Shown here piece after piece: positions 1-9,780 of a stretch of DNA of 64,000 bases (position 1 is the stretch's first letter; every line of letters begins with the position of its first letter). Below the pieces are notes generated by a model. The model saw only the letters and a program-made list of their open reading frames with translations, had not been told where the DNA came from and searched no databases. Source of the stretch: a virus. A program made the position numbers and the translations under genes. Where the stretch lies: positions 32,001 through 96,000 of IMG/VR virus record IMGVR_UViG_3300021560_000014; one strand, given 5' to 3'.

Positions 1-28
1 TGCGGCGCTCTCGACGTGGCTGAGTTCG

Positions 29-349
29 GTGGTGCTGTGGGCGCTGATTGGCGCGCGTTACAACCTTAATCAGCTGGGCTTCGTCAAGCAGCGGCTCTCG
101 CTGCGCGACCTTTCGCCCGAGTCGCGGTACACCCCGGACTTCGTCTTCCGGCGTGACGTGGCAGTCTCAGGGACGGTTCCGGCCACGGCTGAGGACTTCA
201 CCGAGTACGCCATCCTTAATGAGATCATCGTCGTTCCGACGATTGAGGTCCCAGTGCTGGGGACGGTGAACGAGGCACCGCAGCTGACTCGCGTCGGACC
301 CTACTACGTGCGACCGCCGTCACATTACAGCGGAATTGGAGACGGTTAG
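29..349 (+). CDS. Probable 3' part of a tail-completion/neck protein (likely truncated by the window edge)
   Basis: Stop codon abuts the sheath start; position in the tail operon; no recognisable motif. Confidence 0.4.
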   Translation: MVLWALIGARYNLNQLGFVKQRLSLRDLSPESRYTPDFVFRRDVAVSGTVPATAEDFTEYAILNEIIVVPTIEVPVLGTVNEAPQLTRVGPYYVRPPSHYSGIGDG

Positions 350-2161
350 ATGGCTGACGGAAATACTTTCAACGGCTCCTTCACGCTGAACCCCTCAGTC
401 CGAGTGGCGGTCCAGGCGGCGGGCCTGGGCACCTTCGGTGATGCGCCGCGTATCGTGGCGCTCGTCGGACAGTCCACCAATGGCCAGCCCGGCACGGTGC
501 TGAAGTTCTCCGCGCCGAGTCAGGCGGTTCCGGTGCTGGGCAGTGGTGAGCTGTTACAGGCGATCTTCCGGGCCTTCAATCCGGGCAAGACTGGCAACGG
601 CCCCTCGACCATCTACGCCATCCGCTGCAATCCGGCCTCGCAGGCCAAGCTGACTATAAACGACGCTGCCTCACCGACGCCGCAGCCGTCCATCGACTTG
701 ACCTCGGCTGACTGGGGGTCGAATCAGAACCTGATCAACGTCACGGTGCTGCCGGGTACGGTCAGTGGCACCAAGGTGATCGTCGCCAATCCCACCTCGT
801 CCTTCACGCTCGACAACATCGCGCGCAATGCCTTCTCCATTCAGTACAAGGGGGCGGGCACCACCTGCACGATGACGATCACCGGCACTCAGCTGACGAC
901 TACCTGCGCCGGGGCGACAGCGGACAACCTGAGCCTGCCGTTTGCCAGCTATACGACCATCGCCCAGCTGGTGAGCTTCATCAACAACACCGGGAAATAT
1001 ACCGTCACGGTGTTGTCGCCCAATCCAAATGACGCGACCGCCAACAATCTCGACTTCGTGACCACGCAGGACATCAAGACCGCCGTGTACACGGCCTCCA
1101 TGAATCTGGCGGCGGTGGTCATGGCGCTCAATGCCAATGTGCAGCCGCTGGTAACTGCCGTGCGGCACAGTGGCGCGGGCCAGCCGCCCAGCACGAACGG
1201 CTCTATTACCCAGCTGTTCCTGACAGGCGGCTCGGACAATGGCGCGACGAACCATCTTGACGGCACGACCAACAGCACCCAGACGCTCACCACGGCGGAC
1301 TGGACCTTCTGCATCGGCCTGCTCGACACCCAGGACGTGCGCTATGTCGTCCCGCTGAGCAGTGATCCGGGCGTGCAGTCAATTGCGCTCAGCCATGCGG
1401 TGACAACTTCGTCCTCGGGCTATCTGCCGCGACGCTGCATCTTTGGCGCGGCCCTTGGCCTCTTCACTGCCTCGCTCGGCAATTATCTGCCGTTGGCAGC
1501 TGCCTTCAATTCCAACCGCGCGGTCTTTGTGCCCCAAGGGATACAGGATTACGACGATCAGAGCGGCGCGCTGACCATGTATCCGCCCTATATCTATGCG
1601 GCTCAGATCGCGGGCCTGATCTCAGGGCAGAACGTGGGCAACGCGGTCACCCAGGAGTTCGTCCGGGGCGTAGCGCTCGAATGGAATCCCAATGGGGCGC
1701 AAATCAATACCGCCATCGCGGGCGGCCTGCTGATCTCGTACTACAATGTGCGGGCGCTGGCGGCGCAGATTTCCCGAGGCGTGACCACGTGGCTGATCGA
1801 TAACAGCTTCAATAACGTGGAAATCTCGGTGGCCGACGAGATCGACCACATTGTCCTGACGGTGCTGACCTATCTGCAGCCCTTCCTCGGCAAGAAAGCC
1901 TCGCAGGTGCTGCTGGTCTCGCTGGCATCACAGACGCAGTCGGCGCTTCAGGCCGAGTTCGTCGCGGGCATCCTGGTCGGAGACGCCGCGCCCGAGGCCA
2001 ACGGCACCTTCAATCCGCCCTACGCCAACATCACGGTCACCATCAACGGCGACGTGGCCACGGTCACCTTCGTCTGTCAGCCGGGCATCCCGCTGAACTT
2101 CATCAACGTAACTATGACCCTGAACGTGTTCTCCGGCACCGTTCAGGTCGCGACAACTTAG
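350..2161 (+). CDS. Contractile tail sheath protein
   Basis: 603 aa; N-terminal ALVGQSTNGQPG/GSGELLQA, LTGGSD motif, C-terminal PLNFINVT; precedes a tube-sized gene. Confidence 0.9.
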   Translation: MADGNTFNGSFTLNPSVRVAVQAAGLGTFGDAPRIVALVGQSTNGQPGTVLKFSAPSQAVPVLGSGELLQAIFRAFNPGKTGNGPSTIYAIRCNPASQAKLTINDAASPTPQPSIDLTSADWGSNQNLINVTVLPGTVSGTKVIVANPTSSFTLDNIARNAFSIQYKGAGTTCTMTITGTQLTTTCAGATADNLSLPFASYTTIAQLVSFINNTGKYTVTVLSPNPNDATANNLDFVTTQDIKTAVYTASMNLAAVVMALNANVQPLVTAVRHSGAGQPPSTNGSITQLFLTGGSDNGATNHLDGTTNSTQTLTTADWTFCIGLLDTQDVRYVVPLSSDPGVQSIALSHAVTTSSSGYLPRRCIFGAALGLFTASLGNYLPLAAAFNSNRAVFVPQGIQDYDDQSGALTMYPPYIYAAQIAGLISGQNVGNAVTQEFVRGVALEWNPNGAQINTAIAGGLLISYYNVRALAAQISRGVTTWLIDNSFNNVEISVADEIDHIVLTVLTYLQPFLGKKASQVLLVSLASQTQSALQAEFVAGILVGDAAPEANGTFNPPYANITVTINGDVATVTFVCQPGIPLNFINVTMTLNVFSGTVQVATT

Positions 2162-2185
2162 CATACAAAAGTAGCAGGTTGATAT

Positions 2186-2650
2186 ATGAGGAAACGACCC
2201 AAGATGGCGGCCTCAGAAATTCTCGAAAAGCTGGAAGCCAACACCATCAAGCTGCGTAACGGCTGCTGGGTGTGGCAGGGGGCCAAGCACAGTAACGACA
2301 AGTGGCCCTATGGCTTGATCAATATAAAAGTTGAGGAAGGTTGGCGCACGGTACGTGTACACGTCGAGTCCTTCAAGATTTTCAAAGGACCAATTCCACC
2401 TGGAAAGTTCGTCTGTCACTCCTGTGATAACCCTCCTTGTTGGAATCCTGATCACCTATTCGCTGGTACACAGCAACAGAATCTGGATGACGCCGCTCGG
2501 AAAGGTAGGATGCTTTCGGGACTGGCTCGGTCAGCTGTTCAGCCTTGCGGTGATGATCACTGGGTCCGTAGGAATCCTGAACTCTTCAGGAGTCAACGGC
2601 CTCGGGGCGAAAACCACTGGACTCATAGGAGGCAGCAGGCTGCCTGCTGA
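2186..2650 (+). CDS. HNH homing endonuclease (HNH_3-like)
   Basis: GCWVWQG...YGLI...VH...GPIP...[16 protein letters not shown]...TQQQN signature; lower GC than neighbours. Confidence 0.9.
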   Translation: MRKRPKMAASEILEKLEANTIKLRNGCWVWQGAKHSNDKWPYGLINIKVEEGWRTVRVHVESFKIFKGPIPPGKFVCHSCDNPPCWNPDHLFAGTQQQNLDDAARKGRMLSGLARSAVQPCGDDHWVRRNPELFRSQRPRGENHWTHRRQQAAC

Positions 2651-2658
2651 TTAAACGC

Positions 2659-3108
2659 ATGGCGAAATTTGTGGTGACCGGGAATGAATGCACCATCGTC
2701 ATCAATAACGTCAAGGTCCCCCTGATGCAGACGCTCAGGGCGACCGACGACTATGGCCATGAGCCCGCCAGCGGCATCGGCGACATTCATGTCACTGAAT
2801 ACACCCCGACCCTGGCCCGGCATTCGATTGCCATCAGCCGTTTCGTGATGACGCTCGATCAGGCGATCAACGCCGGAATCATCCTGGCCAATGGCGACGA
2901 CGCCATGCGTAACCTCGAATTCGACATCGAAGTCATGAGCAAGGACGGCTCGACTTTGATGAAGAAATACTTGCGCTGCAAGAACAACAGTTCGGACATC
3001 TCGGTCACCGCCCATCGGGTGCTGGTGAGCGACGCCAATTTTGTCGGCATCGACACGACTGCTCTGAAGTCCGCGCCTGGACAGGGTCCAGCGGCGATTA
3101 ACTACTGA
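2659..3108 (+). CDS. Tail tube protein
   Basis: 149 aa, beta-rich, downstream of the sheath; YGHEPASGIGDIHVTEYTP motif. Confidence 0.75.
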   Translation: MAKFVVTGNECTIVINNVKVPLMQTLRATDDYGHEPASGIGDIHVTEYTPTLARHSIAISRFVMTLDQAINAGIILANGDDAMRNLEFDIEVMSKDGSTLMKKYLRCKNNSSDISVTAHRVLVSDANFVGIDTTALKSAPGQGPAAINY

Positions 3109-3362
3109 TGGGCAGCTGTGACGAGTTGGTCGAGAAGCTCGCCCTCCAGCGTTACTTCGGCGAGCTGAAGATCAGTTTCCGCGACGGCAAGATCGTCATG
3201 GTCGAACTGCACGAGACGCACAAGACACTCCAAGGTGCTTTGGAGGCGAGGAGCCAAGATGCCCACACCTCAAACGGAACTCCCCTCGAACCGTTATTTC
3301 ACCAAAACGGTCACGGTCCCCAAGCGGGACCCCGATACCCAAACAGAGATCAAAGGCCCTGA
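3108..3362 (+). CDS. Small hypothetical protein (FGELKISFRDGKIV, DUF2292-like)
   Basis: Coupled to the tube stop (TGATG); 3' half overlaps the next gene. Confidence 0.4.
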   Translation: MGSCDELVEKLALQRYFGELKISFRDGKIVMVELHETHKTLQGALEARSQDAHTSNGTPLEPLFHQNGHGPQAGPRYPNRDQRP

Positions 3363-3696
3363 CGGCGAGACCCTGGTCGATCACACGCTCGGCAATTTCA
3401 CCTTCAAGCGCCCGAGCGTGCTCGACCTCCGGGACATCGGCCTCCGTCGGGCGCAGGCTATAGCAGGTACGCCGGGGCTCGACGTGCAGACCCAGGTGCT
3501 GGTCGAGGTCTGCGCTGTGCTGCCCTATCAGGTTCATGCTGCTCCACCCGGCTGGGACTGGGAGGAGCAGTTCGAGCCCTGGGATCTGGTGGCCATCTAT
3601 CAGGCATACACGGAAGGCGTTCAGGAATACGGCAAGCCCAAGCCCAACGGTGTGGACCGGGACCCTCACTGGGAAAAGAGCCCGGCGACGGGCTAG
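3259..3696 (+). CDS. Tail assembly chaperone
   Basis: Between tube and tape measure; GAGGAG RBS before ATG 3259; GGGAAAAG near its 3' end. Confidence 0.7.
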   Translation: MPTPQTELPSNRYFTKTVTVPKRDPDTQTEIKGPDGETLVDHTLGNFTFKRPSVLDLRDIGLRRAQAIAGTPGLDVQTQVLVEVCAVLPYQVHAAPPGWDWEEQFEPWDLVAIYQAYTEGVQEYGKPKPNGVDRDPHWEKSPATG

Positions 3697-4046
3697 AGGT
3701 CTTCCGCGAGGAAGCGTGGGCAACGCTCTTCGGCATTGATTTCTGGTTCCGGCGACAGTATCACCTCGCGCCGACCGACCCGCGCTACCTGAACGCCACC
3801 CACGGCGAGATGCTCGCCGAGTTTTTCCGGTATGAGCTGCTGGAGAAGTATCAGGAAGCGAAGAAGGAGGGGCGCGAGGTCAATACCCTGGCCGACCTGA
3901 TGGTATCGGAGGACTTCGACAAGCAGTTGGCTGAACTTGACAAGCGGCTGGCAGCTGAGGCGGCCAGGAAAACGCCCAGCATCGGCGATGATTTCGGGGA
4001 CATACTGATCGACGTAAAGGCACCACCGTTAAATGGCAAACGCTAG
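3671..4046 (+). CDS. Second tail assembly chaperone segment, probably reached by -1 frameshift
   Basis: The -1 frame is open from the GGGAAAAG site through FWFRRQYHLAPTDPRYL into ORF 3810-4046. Confidence 0.6.
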
Positions 4047-6660
4047 ACAGATCGTAATCCCGCTGGTCACGACGGGTAGCACGCAGCAGATCAGGCAATG
4101 GGTCAAGGCGCTGGAGGACCTGCGCCGATCTGCCGAGGCGGCCACGAGATCGCTCAGCCGGGTCAGACCTCCTGGTGGCGGCGGAGGTGGTGGCGGTGGC
4201 GGCGGTGGTGGGGGCCGTGGCGGTCACCGGAACATCGTCAGCACTATTGTCGGCTCGGTTCTCGGCGAGGAAATCGGCGGGCTCGCTGGTGGTTTAGCGG
4301 GCGGCGTCCTGGGCCACATGGGCCTGGGAGGAGGGCTGCTCGCCGGGACTGCCATTGGCCTCGGCAAGGCGGTCGTTGACTTTGCCCAGAAGGCCATGGC
4401 CATGGCCCTCCCGCAGCAGCTGGCAATGGGCGACATCGCCATGCGCCTGGGCAACCTGAACCAGCTGCAAGGCGTCGCCTATGGGGCGACGGCGCGGCGC
4501 TTCGGCTATACCCCCATGGAAGCCACCCAGATGATGGGGGCTTATGGGGCGGTTGCAGGCCGCCGAGGCATGGGCCGCAACTTTGCGGGCTTCGATGAGG
4601 CGATGGCCAATGCCCGGCTGTTCGGCTTCCAGCCGGAGCAGGGAGGGCAGCTCTTTGGCCGCGCCGCCCGCGAGGTGGGCGGCAGCAGGCAGGAGCAACA
4701 GCAGTTCGCCGAGCTGCTCGCTGGAGCCATCGCCAAGGGCCGCATGCAGGGCATGGAGGGCGAGGCCCTCCAGGGGATTCTCACTGCCACGCAGCAGACC
4801 AGCGCGCGGCTCGGCCAGACTCAGGCCCAGGCGATGGGTACAGCTGGCAGGCTCGCCTTCCTGATGGGTGGCCTCAACGCCACCGGGATTCCCTCGTTGC
4901 AGGGTGCCGGAGCCACGCAGCTACTCCAGAATATGTCGGACATCGCGGGGGCCGGGCAGCCGTTCCAGCTGCCACCGCAGTTCGCTGCGGCGCTGTATCA
5001 GAGGTCGATGCTGCAGGCGGTGGCTGCGGGAAAGATGACCCTCCCGCAGGGTCAGGAAGCCATGCAGACCCGTGATTGGAACGATGACAGATGGATTCAG
5101 ATCGCTGTAGGGGCTGTAAAAGGGGCTTTGGCGCTGCCGACCCCGATGCTCCAGCGGGCGGCCCTGGTCACTATGGGACTCGCCCCAAATCAGGAGGAGG
5201 CCAAGAAGGTCATCTCGACGTTCGAGGCATCCACTGACAAGCAGCGCGAACAGATGTTCAGGGACAGAGCCGCGAAGGAGAAGGCCGCGCGGGACGCGGC
5301 TGACGCGGATAACGAGAAGCTGAGAACGATCAGGGCCAACTTCATTACGGCTATCAGTGACATCGGGACGGCACTGAACAACCTGCTCGCGCCGCTGGAA
5401 AAGTTCGGGGCCGAGCTGTTGAGCGCGGGCGGGCCGGGCAGCAAGAGCAAGAACGCGGGCGAAGTGCTGGGCCAGGCTGCTGAGGCACTGCTGGCAGGCG
5501 CTTGGGCGATGACCAAAGCCGCCGCCATGTGGATTCTCGGCGGTGGTGCGAAGCATTGGCTCGGGCGTGAGACCGAAGGCTTCATCGAGGGCTTCCTGGA
5601 GAAGCTCATGCCCAAGAAGGACGCCGAGAAGCTCGCCACCCTTGCCACCTCGGATTTCGCCAAAGCGGTGAAAGCCTTCGAGCTGCTGTTCACGCCCGCA
5701 AATGCAGCAGCCCCAGGTCCAGGGCTGTCACCTCCGCCTCCGGGAGGAGTCCTGTACACGCCGGGGACACCGCGCCCACTGCCGCCAGCTCCTACAGCTA
5801 CCTCGACGCCAGCAGGAGGCGGGGGCGTGGGAGCAGGAGGCCCTCCATCAACGCTGGGGCCAACGACAATCAGGTCAGGAGGCCCTCCATCAACGCTGGG
5901 GCCAACGACAATCAGGTCAGGAGATGGTGGAACCGCGCCCGACGACATTGATCCTTTCTCGCGCTGGGAGGGGCTGCGTTACACCCCGTACCTAGATCGG
6001 TCTGGCAAGGCCATGGACATCGGCTTCGGCCACACGATGACCCCTGAGGAGAAGAAGCTCTATGCCAAGGGTGCCTCCTACGAAACGATAATGTGGTGGC
6101 GCAAAAAGGACCAGCAAAAGGCGCGGGAAGAGGCGATCCGGCGCGTCGGGCGGCCCGCCTGGGACAAGCTGACGGTCGCGGAGCAGCTGGCCTTGACGGA
6201 TTACGTTTACCAGGGAGGTCATCTTACCGGCAAACTTGGCGGCGCGATAACAGCTGCCATCAAGGCGGGGGACATGGCGAAGGCCGGGGAGGGGATGGCT
6301 CACTTCAACGACACCTGGTCGAAGGTGAATCCCCAGATCCTTTCGCGGCGGTCGGGCCAGGGAGCCGAGTTCATGCTTCAGGCGTTCATCGACTCCCGGC
6401 GCGGTGCGGACGTAGCGCCGGGGTTCCGGGACAGGTCAGTAGAGCGGCAGACTAACCTCGCGGCTGCAATCCAGCACGAGCTGCAGTCAATGCCAGGGAG
6501 TCAGGTCGAGGGCTTCTCCGTAGGAGCAGCTGGCCCTACAGGGCGTGATATTAATGTGACCTTCAGGCAGAAGGGCGGCAAGGAGATCATGATACCGCTG
6601 TCAGCTGATGAGGAGGCCACCTTCCACTGGGGCACGGGACACCGGTTGGGGGCGCATTGA
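4033..6660 (+). CDS. Tape measure protein with C-terminal phage-lysozyme-like domain
   Basis: 875 aa, Ala/Gly/Gln-rich helical; WEGLRYTPYLDRSGKAMDIGFGH resembles the GH24 catalytic region. Confidence 0.85.
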   Translation: MANARQIVIPLVTTGSTQQIRQWVKALEDLRRSAEAATRSLSRVRPPGGGGGGGGGGGGGGRGGHRNIVSTIVGSVLGEEIGGLAGGLAGGVLGHMGLGGGLLAGTAIGLGKAVVDFAQKAMAMALPQQLAMGDIAMRLGNLNQLQGVAYGATARRFGYTPMEATQMMGAYGAVAGRRGMGRNFAGFDEAMANARLFGFQPEQGGQLFGRAAREVGGSRQEQQQFAELLAGAIAKGRMQGMEGEALQGILTATQQTSARLGQTQAQAMGTAGRLAFLMGGLNATGIPSLQGAGATQLLQNMSDIAGAGQPFQLPPQFAAALYQRSMLQAVAAGKMTLPQGQEAMQTRDWNDDRWIQIAVGAVKGALALPTPMLQRAALVTMGLAPNQEEAKKVISTFEASTDKQREQMFRDRAAKEKAARDAADADNEKLRTIRANFITAISDIGTALNNLLAPLEKFGAELLSAGGPGSKSKNAGEVLGQAAEALLAGAWAMTKAAAMWILGGGAKHWLGRETEGFIEGFLEKLMPKKDAEKLATLATSDFAKAVKAFELLFTPANAAAPGPGLSPPPPGGVLYTPGTPRPLPPAPTATSTPAGGGGVGAGGPPSTLGPTTIRSGGPPSTLGPTTIRSGDGGTAPDDIDPFSRWEGLRYTPYLDRSGKAMDIGFGHTMTPEEKKLYAKGASYETIMWWRKKDQQKAREEAIRRVGRPAWDKLTVAEQLALTDYVYQGGHLTGKLGGAITAAIKAGDMAKAGEGMAHFNDTWSKVNPQILSRRSGQGAEFMLQAFIDSRRGADVAPGFRDRSVERQTNLAAAIQHELQSMPGSQVEGFSVGAAGPTGRDINVTFRQKGGKEIMIPLSADEEATFHWGTGHRLGAH
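5834..5923 (+). repeat. Perfect 42-bp in-frame tandem duplication (GGPPSTLGPTTIRS x2)
   Basis: caggaggccctccatcaacgctggggccaacgacaatcaggt repeated twice. Confidence 0.95.
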
Positions 6661-8261
6661 TGGCGGTCTCTGTACTTCTGCGCAAGCCCAGGGTCGATGT
6701 GACCATCATCCAGCACGTGCGGCTGACCAATAACCCCGTGAGTTCTCCGATCTCCTCGGCTGTCCTCGCGCCCGCCATTATCAGCGTGACCACGAACCGG
6801 CAGATGGGTGATGCTGGGGGCTTCCAGATTGTGCTCAACCTCTCTCCGCCGCCGACCGGCTACCTTACACCCAACGGCGATAAGGCCCGCACCTGGAAGG
6901 ACGTGCTGCTGCCGATGGACGCGGTGCAGATCGTGGCCGAGGTCGATACTCCTAATGGCTTAGTGGGCGAGGTCATCATGCGGGGTTTCATCGACTACGT
7001 CGGCATGATGGCCAATTACAGTGGAGGCGGCCCCCAGCGGACCATCATCATCGCGGGCAGGGACTATCACAGAATCCTGCTGTCCCAGGTCTATTTCGCC
7101 TCAGGCGGACAACCCAATGGGATGGCGATTATGGACCGCTGGGACAAGGACTTCCTCCAGCTCCAGGCCCAGTTCGACAAAATTAATACCGAGCGCGGCC
7201 AGGGGGATGTGCAGGACAGGGACGGCATCACTGCCAAGAAGGTGATGACGATCCTTTACGACTTCTACGCGGCAATCTTCGATGAGCTGCCAAATTACTT
7301 CATCAATACCGACACTGATGGCTTCAACGTGGAGACCCCCAATCTCTACCTCGCCGCCATCGACGGCGACCCGCGCGATTCGGACCTCGAAACCTTCGAC
7401 CCGGCTATCAATCTGACAAACTCGGAGCCGTTCATCGGGCTTAAAGACATCTTCGAGGCGTATGGCCATGCGCCCTGGCGCGAGATGTTCTTCGACGACT
7501 ACATCGAGGGCGGCGACATCAACAGCTACTTCATCTGGCGTCCGACGCCGTGGCTCAATATAGACGGCGGCATTATCCAGTTCGACAGCGTGGACTCGCT
7601 GACCGGGCTGAAGACCTACAATGGCGGGCAAGCCTGGAGGATCACATCTGACCAGCTGATCGAGATGAGCGTCGGGGTTGATGATTCTCAGGTCATCAAC
7701 TTCATCGCCACCTATCCGGGCATCTTCACGAACCTCACCGATGCGGCCAAGGTCTTCGGACACCCGCTGGAGTCGCTGGCCTTCGGCGACAACACCAATC
7801 CGGCTGTGCGAGGGCTCAAGAACGCCTTCGAGACCAGCAGTTACAAGCTGTACACATGGAAGCCCTATGATTTCAGGACCGCGTACTTCGATCTGAACGG
7901 CGGCAATGATAACACCAAGCAGCCCGACGCGGTGAAGAAGATCGGGCTCAAGACGCAGGTGTGGAACCAGCGGCTGGTCGATGCCCTCGGCCATCAGGAG
8001 ATGCTGGACAGCGGCAGCTGCGTGATCCGGGGCAACCCGCTGATCCACATGGGACATTATGTCGGCATTCAGGAGCCCGGCACGCCGTGGCCCAGCGGGG
8101 TTCCGCTCTTCGTGCTCTACTACGTCGCGGGGGTCCAGCACGCCTTCAACTATCCCAGGGAAATATCCGGCTCCCAGGGCTCGTACACCACAACTCTCAG
8201 TCTGACACGCGGGCGCAGCCGTCTGCTGACCCGCATGCCGATAACTCTTACAGGACCATGA
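6657..8261 (+). CDS. Baseplate hub protein (gp27/gpD-like)
   Basis: After the TMP; IMRGFIDYV...IIIAGRDY and C-terminal IRGNP..HMG...YYVAGVQHAF...YTTTLSLTRG pattern. Confidence 0.75.
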   Translation: MMAVSVLLRKPRVDVTIIQHVRLTNNPVSSPISSAVLAPAIISVTTNRQMGDAGGFQIVLNLSPPPTGYLTPNGDKARTWKDVLLPMDAVQIVAEVDTPNGLVGEVIMRGFIDYVGMMANYSGGGPQRTIIIAGRDYHRILLSQVYFASGGQPNGMAIMDRWDKDFLQLQAQFDKINTERGQGDVQDRDGITAKKVMTILYDFYAAIFDELPNYFINTDTDGFNVETPNLYLAAIDGDPRDSDLETFDPAINLTNSEPFIGLKDIFEAYGHAPWREMFFDDYIEGGDINSYFIWRPTPWLNIDGGIIQFDSVDSLTGLKTYNGGQAWRITSDQLIEMSVGVDDSQVINFIATYPGIFTNLTDAAKVFGHPLESLAFGDNTNPAVRGLKNAFETSSYKLYTWKPYDFRTAYFDLNGGNDNTKQPDAVKKIGLKTQVWNQRLVDALGHQEMLDSGSCVIRGNPLIHMGHYVGIQEPGTPWPSGVPLFVLYYVAGVQHAFNYPREISGSQGSYTTTLSLTRGRSRLLTRMPITLTGP

Positions 8262-9733
8262 ACCCACTATCGACGCGACAGATCGGCTACAAGCATAAGT
8301 ACCACCTGAGGACGGGCGGGACGATCAGGGTCGGCAAAGTAGTCGGCATGACGCCAGCTGCCCGGCTGATCGACGTGATCTTCCTTGAAGGCGGCCAGAT
8401 TCAGAACGTGGTGGTGCTGGGCCACTACCTCACGACCGATGCGGGCCTCACGATGATGCCGCCAGCTGCTTCGGTTGATAAAAAAGCACTGCCGCGCAAG
8501 ACCTTCGGGTCCCCGTGGGACAGCTCCCAGAACCCTGACGACCAGCAGAACGTCTATGACCCGCCCGTACTGGCGCAGGCCCGCGCGGATGCCCTCGCCA
8601 ACGGCACGGACATACCGCCGCACCGCGATGTCTACGCCGTCTGCGCGCCAATCGAAGGCGGCCAGAACCTCAGTGCGGGCTGGGTCTGCCTGGGCTTCAT
8701 CCATCCCAACTCCGAGGTCAACTTCGATGTAGGCAAGCCGCTGGCGAGCACATCACCTGGCGGTGGCGGCAGCGGCGGTCCACTCTCTCAGTTCGAGTTG
8801 GACATAACTGGGCGTGGAACTATGACACCGATCCAGTTTCAGACCCCCCAGGGGACTCTTCCAACGGCTGCTGCCACAGCAGCCCCGGCTGGGGCCACGC
8901 CCACTACTACTGGTGGGGCGGGTGAGGGAGGGTTCATCCTCTCGTTCGAGCAATGGGTGAAGGCGAATTCCATACTCTGGGCCTTGACTAATGGACTGCC
9001 AGCTTCCGATTGGCCGGAATTTACGTACCTTTTCCCTCGCAGTGACTTCGACAAGGCTTTTCCTGCTCAGCCAACAGGCGCTGGAGGGGGTGGCACCCCG
9101 GCCTTCAGCGGCTTCATCATCCTGCGCACGACCGGCGACGTGCAGTCCACCATCGACTACCTCGGCACGACCTCGATCCAGCACCCCAGTGGGGCGCGTA
9201 TCACCATGGGGGAGAACTATGCCACGCCCGGCTCCGGCCAGGACAGCGATGTCCGCCCAGTCGGTAATAGCCTGGACCTGACTGGCCAGGACCGCAATGG
9301 CAATTACAAACTCCGTTATAATACACAGCAGAAGCCGTCGATAGTGATCGAGGATTGCAACGGCAACCAGGTGCTGCTCGACGGGCCGAAGAACCAGATC
9401 GTCATCTCAACCGTGGCCGGAGCGACCATCACGCTCAACGGCGGCGGCACCATCGACATGACATCAGCTGGCGGCGCAGAGGTGCTCCTCAATGGCGGCG
9501 GCACGGTTGACGCGACCTCGGACGGCGGCGCGGAAATGCTCCTTGACGATAGCGCAACCCTGAGCGCAGGGAATTCAGACGGCTCGTCAATCGAGGTGAC
9601 CTCGGATGACATCCTCTTTAACACGCCGCAGTTCTCGACTTCGCTGAACCAGATCATCTCGATCTTTAACACGCATCAACACCCCGATCCGCAGGGAGGC
9701 GTAACCGGGCCGCCGACTACGCCGATCCCCTGA
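8258..9733 (+). CDS. Baseplate central spike (gpV/gp45-like)
   Basis: OB-fold-like N-terminus (IRVGKVV...IDVIF), beta-helix repeats, C-terminal HQH metal-binding tip; ATG 8258 overlaps the hub stop. Confidence 0.8.
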   Translation: MNPLSTRQIGYKHKYHLRTGGTIRVGKVVGMTPAARLIDVIFLEGGQIQNVVVLGHYLTTDAGLTMMPPAASVDKKALPRKTFGSPWDSSQNPDDQQNVYDPPVLAQARADALANGTDIPPHRDVYAVCAPIEGGQNLSAGWVCLGFIHPNSEVNFDVGKPLASTSPGGGGSGGPLSQFELDITGRGTMTPIQFQTPQGTLPTAAATAAPAGATPTTTGGAGEGGFILSFEQWVKANSILWALTNGLPASDWPEFTYLFPRSDFDKAFPAQPTGAGGGGTPAFSGFIILRTTGDVQSTIDYLGTTSIQHPSGARITMGENYATPGSGQDSDVRPVGNSLDLTGQDRNGNYKLRYNTQQKPSIVIEDCNGNQVLLDGPKNQIVISTVAGATITLNGGGTIDMTSAGGAEVLLNGGGTVDATSDGGAEMLLDDSATLSAGNSDGSSIEVTSDDILFNTPQFSTSLNQIISIFNTHQHPDPQGGVTGPPTTPIP

Positions 9734-9757
9734 GGGTGGGCAGGAAACGGCACCGCA
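9734..9757 (+). repeat. Dispersed motif GKGTGGGCAGGAAACGGSRCCGCA copy 1
   Basis: Directly after the spike stop. Confidence 0.95.
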
Positions 9758-9780
9758 ACGAAGGTGTGAGGAGGAGGTAG

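Noticed and set aside
7101-8267. Long antisense ORFs (e.g. 7101-8267, 11773-12906, 22168-23610, 33430-34599, 39524-40792, 61592-62779)
   Set aside because: Shadow frames of real genes, typical of high-GC DNA
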